In this document: positions 56,291-64,000 of the stretch, piece after piece | Position numbering within the stretch: position 1 is the stretch's first letter | Layout: every line of letters starts with the position of its first letter | Origin: Octopus vulgaris | Taxonomy: Eukaryota | DNA length: 64,000 nucleotides | NCBI GenBank assembly: GCA_951406725.2 | Contig: OX597817.1 | Span: 135,842,001 to 135,906,000, forward strand | Direction of reading: 5' to 3' | Notes under the pieces: generated by a model | What the model saw: only the letters and a program-made list of their open reading frames with translations | The model's database searches: none | Told to the model about the DNA's origin: nothing | Position numbers and translations under genes: made by a program

Positions 56291-56821
56291 ATGTACGATA
56301 AAATTTTTTTCGAAAAAAAATTCTATCAATGGTCAGCATTTTTAAAAATACCTTTAAAGGTTAAACTTATAAACAACTTATAAATAAGGGCAAAAAAATT
56401 TTTTCAATGCCAAATATGCCGAAATTAGACGCATTGTCCATAACCATATAATTTTTCCACAATACGCACGCTACTCAAAAACGGTCGACAGAAATTTCTA
56501 AAAAATTCCATTATTACCATATCGGACCGATTTCAGGATTAGTTCGTAAGAACCCTTCCTTCGTCAGTGATAAACGTGGCAAAGAAATAAATAAGATACT
56601 TACTCATACCCATGGAAGAAGCAAACACTAAATCATGAGCACAATTAAGTACCCCAAATACATCCAAAATAGAAATTCTCCAGCCCATTTGAGACACGTG
56701 CGATTTATAAGTTGCCCTTATTTATAAGTTGTTTATAAGTTTAACCTTTAAAGGTGTTTTTTAATATGCTGGCCATTGATAAAACTTTTTTTCGAAAAAA
56801 ATTTTATCCTACATTAAATAT
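56283..56821. mobile_element. Fold-back element with terminal inverted repeats of about 110 bp and a central hammerhead
   Basis: 56283-56392 and 56712-56821 are reverse complements. The left end abuts (TA)n. Confidence 0.8.
56515..56572 (-). ncRNA. Type I hammerhead ribozyme motif, canonical core
   Basis: Minus strand: tatca CTGACGA aggaagg gttc ttac gaac taa tcct GAAA tcggtccga TA tggta. Confidence 0.75.
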
Positions 56822-56889
56822 AAATTTAATAGTGTTCACTTCCGGACTCTCTCACTCTGTGAGAGTTTCAGTTCAAATCGCACGTGTCT

Positions 56890-57400
56890 TGAATGGGCTG
56901 GATTGCAAAGGAGTAATTCACTTTGAATTGTTACCATCTAATGCAACAATCAATGCTCAAGTCTACTGTCAGCAATTGGAGCGTTTGAACCAAGCTTTGA
57001 AAAAAAAAACAGAGCCGCTTTAGTGAATCGAAAAGGACTGATGTTTCATCAGGACAATACGTAACCCCACACTGCAAAGTTCACATCACAGAAGATCGAA
57101 GAGCTTGGTTGGGAAAAAATTCCTCATCCACCTTATTTTCCCGACCTTACTTCTTCAGACTACCATTTGTTTCGTAGTTTCCAGAATCATTTGGTGGACA
57201 TAACTTTCGCAAGCCAGGAGGAGGTCGAAACTTACATTTCAGAGTTCTTCGCTTTGAAACCAAAAGGGTTTAACGCTGATGGTATTAAAAAGCTTGTAAA
57301 TAGATGGAAGGAAGTCATAGATAATCAGGGAAAGTACATTGATGATTAAATTTCAATTAAATATAACATTTGATCACTTGTTTTCTTTATTCAAAATTCA
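56890..57400 (+). pseudogene. Mariner transposase C-terminal fragment
   Basis: DCKGVIHFELLP..TINAQVYCQQL, FHQDN, HPPYFPDLTSSDYHLFRS, GIKKLVNRWKEVIDNQGKY. Confidence 0.85.
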
Positions 57401-57409
57401 CAACACATA

Positions 57410-57690
57410 AATACACTGCAACACAATTTCTTTTCCTTAACAGGCCTTGCCCTATTTAACATTGTCCCAAAAGAAATCAAAGAGGAAAAAGATCCCATCA
57501 TCTTTAAACGGAATCTGGACAAATTTCTTTAAGGAATACCAGATAAGTCACCTATATCTGGTTGCAATTCTCTCAACAAGAACTTCCAACTTGAATGGGC
57601 AATGATACCACAAAACTTGACTTAAAAAGGATTTAGCATCAGGTGGTGTTATTAAGTTAGACATGGCCTGGACCAGTCTTTGGTCGAAAC
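57410..57690 (+). mobile_element. CR1/L2-like LINE 3' end
   Basis: HNFFSLTGLALFNIVPKEIK..FKRNLDKFL, followed by a short UTR and a (TATG)n tail. Confidence 0.55.
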
Positions 57691-57721
<31 letters not shown>

Positions 57722-58629
57722 TGTATGTATGTATGTATGTATGTATGTATGTATGTATGTATGTATAGGATGTGTGTATGTGTATGTGCGGAGGTACGTA
57801 TGTATATATGTACATGTTTATACGCGTGCGAGTGTGTATCTGTATGTATGAGTGCGAGTGCATCTATGAATGCGCATCAACTGAAATACTCAGGAAGTTT
57901 CACTGTTAACAATGCAGCGCAATTTAAACCCACAACGTTTTGTAACAAGGTGTGATGGGCGTGTGCATCAGAAGGACAATAGAAAAAGAAATATAAAGGA
58001 CAGTGACTGTCTAGTGGCGGTAGTAGTAATAGTAGTAGTAACGTATAAGGTCAACGAGTGTGAATAAAGTTCACGGTGAGGTGAAAGAGAAACGAAAGCT
58101 TGTATTGTTGTTGTTATTCTTTCTTGAGCCGCCGCCGTCTCCACCGCTGCAGCTGTTGTTGTTTTTCTTGTAATTCTTAAGTATCAATGTTTAGTTATTG
58201 CTGCTTCCAGAAGCGTTTTTGTTTTTCGCTTTTATCCCCTCACCAAATTCCGACCAATCAGATTTTCCAAAACTTCGTTCCCCCCCCCCCATTTCATGCA
58301 CATCTGTTTCTATAAAGTTATCTGTTTTTGCCTCCTTTTCTCCTCGTTTGCTTTAACTGCTCGTTCCCCCACCACCCCGTTATCACCCCACCCCATATGA
58401 AAATTATTGCATTTTTGTTTTTATCTATTTATTTCTTGCCACCCGCTTGTAACCGGTGAGCAGAAGGACTTGTCTGCTGTTCATTTGTGCAACCCATCTC
58501 AGTGGCGAGTACCTCTTCCCATTCTTTCACGTGACGAGACAGTTCTAGTGAATCGCGATTACAGAATGTTAAGCTGTGATGATGGTCAACAGATGGGTAA
58601 TCAAAGTAATGGAGTGATTTAAGCTACAA

Positions 58630-59370
58630 CTCTATATGTGTGGCGACATAAGAGGAACTTAGTCTGGCTGGTTTACAGGAAAGCATTCGATTCTATTCCC
58701 CAGTCGTGGATGCTAGAAGCCCTTCAACTTTCTAAAGTTCCAGATACTTTAATCAAGGCCAGAGGCAACCTGACTTCGTCCTGGGCCACCATTCTGAATA
58801 CAGGAAGTGCTCCTATTGTCACTGATAAGATACAAGGGGACAATCTCTCTGTTGAAGGGTCAGGGAGCAAGAAAAGAAGTGCGCCCTTCTAAATAATGTT
58901 ATTGCGCCATTTTCTCCTGGAATTGTTTTCCCTTCTGACCTTGCGCCTTCCCTTCGAAAAACTCCTGAGACTTTGCTTGTGTGATGTTCGTTATACATTT
59001 AGTGATTCCCTCTCCTTTCTAGTTAAGAAATCAGATTGATATGGGATTGCCTGTCAAGAAGACAGAAACACCAATCCAACACGTTGCTTCTATATCCAAA
59101 GAATATGGATGGTCTGCAAAGAATATGGATGGTCTGCAAAGAATACGGATGGTCTGCAAAGAATATGGATGGTCTGCAATGAATATGGATGGTCTGCAAA
59201 GAATACGGATGGTCTGCAAAGAATATGGATGGTCTGCAAAGAATATGGATGGCATGAAGAAAAGTTTATTCTCGTCTACAAAATTCTCAAAGAATATAGG
59301 TATGGTGTTCGGTCAGTCTAAATTCTCCTCAATGGCTGTAAAACGTGAGAAATACAAACCGTCCGAAATT
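58630..59370 (+). mobile_element. R4/Dong-like RT fragments
   Basis: WLVYRKAFDSIPQSWMLEAL..QGDNLS, and KNMDGMKK..TKFSKNIGMVFGQSK. Confidence 0.6.
59097..59252 (+). repeat. 20-bp minisatellite (gaatatggatggtctgcaaa), about 7.5 copies
   Basis: Direct reading. Confidence 0.95.
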
Positions 59371-59612
59371 CAAAAGATCATCACGCATTGTGCCACTGTC
59401 ACATTTTGTGTCACACACTGTGTCACGCTGATTCTTCCTCAGATTTACTTTATGTGAGCGCATTTCTATGGAATACTCAACCGCTCACAGCTGAAACAAA
59501 TGAAGTCTCATTGTCGAAACCGATGTAAATTCATCCATTTTTCTACCTGCATATGTACGTGTACATATACAGTTGTATGTATGTATGTATTTTCTCTCAG
59601 AAAATACTCATT

Positions 59613-60004
59613 TCTATTCTAGACACAAGGCCCGAAATTTTGGGGGAGGGAACCAGTCAATTAGATCGACCCCAGTACACAACTGGTACTTAATTTATCG
59701 ACCTCGAAAGTACGAATGGCGAAGTCGACCTCAGCGGAATTTGAACTAAGAACATATAGACAGACGAAATACCTATTTCTTTACTACCCACAAGGGGATA
59801 AACACAGAGGGGACAAAGAAGGACAGACAAACGGATTAAGTCGATTACATCGACCCCAGTGCGTAACTGGTACTTATTTAATCGACCCCGAAAGGATGAA
59901 AGGCAAAGTCGACCTTGGCGGAATTTGAACTCAGAACGTAGCGGCAGACGAAATACTGCTAAGCATTTCGCCCGGCGTGCTAACGATTCTGTCAGCTCGC
60001 CGCC
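59613..60004 (-). mobile_element. SINE family B, dimeric form
   Basis: Head, core and tail 1 joined to core and tail 2. Same structure as 62872-63263. Confidence 0.8.
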
Positions 60005-60559
60005 TTTCAGAAAATACTCTCTTGATAGTGAACTCGAAGGAGAACAACATTTATATGCAATTTTGTACATTGTTGAAAATATCAAATACAACTAATTTTG
60101 GGATGTAAGGTCTGTTTCAATAACGGATTACCTAGATTAGTTCGTTGGATTTTAGATACAAGACGAAACTTGAAGAATTTTACCTCGTTTTATTCTGTTC
60201 AAGGTTAGAGAAACAGAGGCTGGTTCTCTTTTATCTTTTCTGAATTTCTTCGATACTTACTGATCATTTTTATTATAACGTGTCTAATGTCAAAGAGAAT
60301 TTTTATTGCTGTCTTTGAGCTGTCTCTGCCTAAAGTATCTTCATCTTTATTTATATCAATTTATCTCTCAGTTCCTCTCACTCCTTGTGCTTCTCTTATC
60401 TCTCCGTTCTTCTCTCTCTCAATTTACATCGATCTCTCTCCTCCTCTCACTGTCTGCGCTTCTCGTTTCTCTACGTTTACCCCTTTCTGTCTCTTCATCT
60501 CCATTTACATCGATCTCATCCTCCCCCCTTTTCTCCGTGTTTCTTCTGACTACCTCTAC

Positions 60560-60596
<37 letters not shown>

Positions 60597-60779
60597 TCGC
60601 TCTCTCTACTTCTTCCTGTCCTCTCTTCCTCCCAATCTCAGCAACATAGACGTCAGCAAAGCCACCGACACCAGAGACAGCATTGCCTTTAAAACCCAAA
60701 GAAACCGGAAGCTTCAGAAAATGAAAACAATGAAGGATCACCACCAATCAGCCTGATCACGGAATTCCGAAGAACTTTG

Positions 60780-62470
60780 GTTTTCACCGAACTATTGCTC
60801 AAATAGAAAGAAAAAAGAACGAATTTATTCGTCCATATGTCCTTGTTAAGCACTTACTGGATGATAGTATACTCAAAAAGGAGGATAAAAATCGAAATAA
60901 AGGTAACTGATGTAATATTGACCTTTGATACAATGAGCTTAAACTCCGCCACTGGCCCTGATGGATTTCCAGCTATTTTCCCTCTCCAACCCCCCAAAAT
61001 GTAAAGGGACCCTAGCAAGACCATTGCAGTTCCTTATCCAAAGCATCCTTGAAAGTGGAAAACTGCGCAGAAAGCTAAAGGAAGTATGATATCAGGTTGT
61101 AACGAAAGTTCTATCAATTTTTTTAAAGTAAATATTTGGTTAGATTTAAAAGTGTTTAACCTCTTAATTCTATTTGAAATTCGATGAAATCATTGATAAA
61201 TCATTGATAAATCATGTTCTTTAATTTTTTTTTCCGATTTTTTCAATTTTGTCACACTTAAAGTTGCTGTATTGGCCTCCATCTTCACTCTACGCATAGA
61301 ATATATCCGTATCATTATTCTTTATGAATTTCAAAACGGGAATAGTGCAAGCGGAGCAGCAAAATCCTTTCAAAACTCTTATGGTGATGGCTTAGTGACT
61401 GAAAAAACATGCAGATGATGATTTTCACGGTTCAGAAACTGGGGCTACAGCCTGCAGGATGAATCAAGAAAAGAGCTCACAAATGGGTTCGATCCTGATG
61501 CATTGGCAGCCGTTGTTGAAGCAAACCCAGCTGTTACAGTTCGGGAACCAAACACGGGCTTCAACGTGAACCGTATCACAATTCTCTGTGAACTGAAAAA
61601 GCTTGGTAAGGTGTCAAACGGTTGGAAACGGGGCCCACATGGTTTCTCTGCTGACGATCGCAAACAACGTGTTGACTGCTGTGCATCATAGCGATCTCGT
61701 GCGTTGCAAATGTCTTTTTTGAACAGAGTCGCTACTGGAGATGAAAAATGGAGGATACTTTACCATAATGTTAAACGAAAATGCCAGTGACTCAATCGTG
61801 GTGAAGAGCCAGCCCAGCAGCCCAGGAGTGGTCTGCATCCGAGAAAAGTTCTTCTGAATGTATGGTGGGATATGCGTGGAATAATTCATCACGATCTGCC
61901 AGACGATAATAAAACAATGACAGCCAATGAGTACTGCCAACAGCTAACAGGTTTGAATGCAGCTTTGCAGCATAAAAGTCCATCATTAGCAAACAGAGAT
62001 GGAATTAGCCTCCATCATGATTAACATTAAATCTCACGCTGCACAAAAGACCAAAAGATCTCCTAGAAAAATATGCCTGGGAAATTATGCATCACCCGCC
62101 ATATTCACCAGACCTCGCACCTACAGATTACCGTTTCTTTACAAGTTTAGAAAATCCTTTGAATGGATTAAGACTTGGTTCAAGAGCAGAAGTTGAAAAT
62201 GAGTGTAATTTATTTTTTCACTTGTAAACTTAAGGAATTTTATGAAGTTGGCATTAGAAAGCTCATTGAAAGATGGACAGAGGTCATAGAAAAGAATGGT
62301 GACTCTATGGACAATTAAATAAATTACATACTGTTTTTCTTTTATTCTTTTACTGAGCCTTAAAAAATGGACATAACTTTCGTTACAACCTGATATGCCC
62401 ACTCTATAAAGGAGGAAGCAGAGCAGATGTTAAGAACTATAGGCCTGTCTCTCTAACTTCCTGTGTCAGT
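60780..62470 (+). mobile_element. CR1/Jockey-group LINE RT fragment interrupted by a mariner
   Basis: NSATGPDGFPAI..KLKEV*|CPLYKGGSRADVKNYRPVSLTSCV rejoins when the mariner is removed. Confidence 0.7.
61092..62393 (+). mobile_element. Full-length decayed mariner with TIRs and TA TSD
   Basis: TA|tcaggttgtaacgaaagtt ... aactttcgttacaacctga|TA. Transposase remnants IRIIILYEF, TGDEKW and HPPYSPDLAPTDY with stops and frameshifts. Confidence 0.9.
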
Positions 62471-62871
62471 CACCATACGAATTAGCCCTTTCTCCGTCGC
62501 AGATTGAACAAATGAACAACCTTAATCGATTTTCGAAAGGGTACCTGTAAACGTATGTACCTACATATATACGTCTGCATGTGTGCGAGTGTGTGTGTAC
62601 AAATATCTGTATATCTATCTATGTGTGTGTTAAATGTATATTTATGTATTTATATTTTTGCGTGTATATATTTATACTGTATTTTTAGTTTATACTTTTT
62701 ACTGTCTCAGTTTTCGATTTTTTCACTTTTCATTCTTCTCATTTTCATTCCTTTTCATTCTTTCTAATTATCTTCCTTTTTCGCCTGCAATTTTGTCTCC
62801 CTTTATCATCAAATCATCAACTTTTGACCCCGCCCTAGCACCACCACCACTCAGCCAAAAGCTATATTGTT

Positions 62872-63263
62872 TTCTACTCTAGGCACAGGGCCCGAAATTT
62901 TTAGGGAGGTAACCAGTCGATTAGATCGACCCCAGTACGCAACTGGTACTTAATTTATCGACCCCGGAAGTATGAATGGCAAAGTCGACCTCGGCGGAAT
63001 TTGAACTCAGAATGTAACGGCAGACGAAATACATATTTCTTTACGACCTACAAGGGCTAAACACAGAGTGGACAAACAAGGACAGACAAACGGATTAAGT
63101 CGATTATATAGACCCAGTGCGTAACTGGTACTTATTTAATCGACCCCGAAAGGATGAAAGGCAAAGTCGACCTTGGCGGAATTTGAACTCAGAACGTAGC
63201 CGCAGACGAAATACCGCTAAGCATTTCGCCCGGCGTGGTAACGTCTCTGCCAGCTCGCCGCCT
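62872..63263 (-). mobile_element. SINE family B, dimeric form
   Basis: Same structure as 59613-60004. Confidence 0.8.
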
Positions 63264-63632
63264 TTACCAAAAGCTATATTGGACGCATCGTTCATTACGC
63301 CATATTTACAGACATGTAAACGTTAAGCCGTCCCTTCACCTCTTCCTCTACCTTATCATTTTTATTCTTATTTCCCGCTTGATTCTTTATCCTTTCTCTT
63401 TCCCTCTTTACCTCTTTCTTTTTTTTCTTTCCTTTCCTTTCCTCTTCCTTTTATTATAATTTTTATTTCTTTACTTATATTTAATCTCAACTACAGCGTT
63501 TAACCTTCAATTTCAATTTTTTTTTTCTTTTGGCTTGCTTCTATAAAATTCCTTTTATTCCTTAGCAATTTTCATTTCTTCACATAATCTATTTTATTCT
63601 GTATATTTTTTCACTCGCTTTTGCACAAAGTT

Positions 63633-63676
63633 GTCAACGTATGGTAGGCACCGCCCGGTGCCTACCATACGTTGAC
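63633..63676. repeat. Perfect 21-bp-arm hairpin at the left junction of a GC-rich insert (63633-63880) ending in (TA)n
   Basis: gtcaacgtatggtaggcaccg cc cggtgcctaccatacgttgac. Confidence 0.85.
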
Positions 63677-63879
63677 GAGAGGCAAACACCTCGAAACCTG
63701 GGTCCGTATGTGGCTTCCGCTTCTTCGGTGGATGATCTCCCTTTGCAGGATAGAGGACGCCGTGATGGTGTCAAGCCTTTCTGGTGACGTTGACGTTCGC
63801 CTGGGGCTAAATGCAACAGTAACACCCCCACCGCCCTGCCCTGTCCATAGCCACATTCAAATGGCTAATGTCCCTTTTG

Positions 63880-63924
<45 letters not shown>

Positions 63925-64000
63925 GTGTGTACATGAAAAAATGTACGTATGTATATATGTATGTATGTATATATATATATATATATATATATACATACAT

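Noticed and set aside
59097-59252. Regular 20-bp repeats resembling a CRISPR array
   Set aside because: Head-to-tail tandem units with no spacers, in a eukaryotic context.

Overview
Eukaryotic, AT-rich, extremely repeat-dense DNA. The SINE families and the density of (TA)n/(CA)n/(TATC)n tracts look like an Octopus (coleoid cephalopod) genome; this is inferred from repeat recognition. No host protein-coding gene can be supported, and almost all ORFs in the track are microsatellite read-throughs. Real content: (1) a 5'-truncated but otherwise uninterrupted Penelope-like retroelement (PLE, Neptune-type) at about 50615-54796. Its ORF1 overlaps a Met-less RT/GIY-YIG frame in the -1 phase across a U UUU UUU heptamer, and it has a minimal hammerhead ribozyme (HHR) at its 3' end. 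(2) Two decayed PLEs. (3) A set of short non-coding elements embedded in or beside microsatellites that carry hammerhead motifs, some with atypical cores (CUGUAGA/CUGUUGA) and some folded back into long hairpins. (4) Decayed restriction-like-endonuclease (RLE) LINEs and CR1-like LINEs, mariner and pogo remnants, non-autonomous Helitrons and four tRNA-SINE families. (5) A 289-bp insertion with a 12-bp target-site duplication (TSD) that is mostly a near-perfect 112-bp-arm hairpin. The best candidate for a new system is a microsatellite-dwelling PLE/hammerhead ecosystem: a possibly frameshifting autonomous PLE plus short ribozyme-bearing and fold-back passengers.
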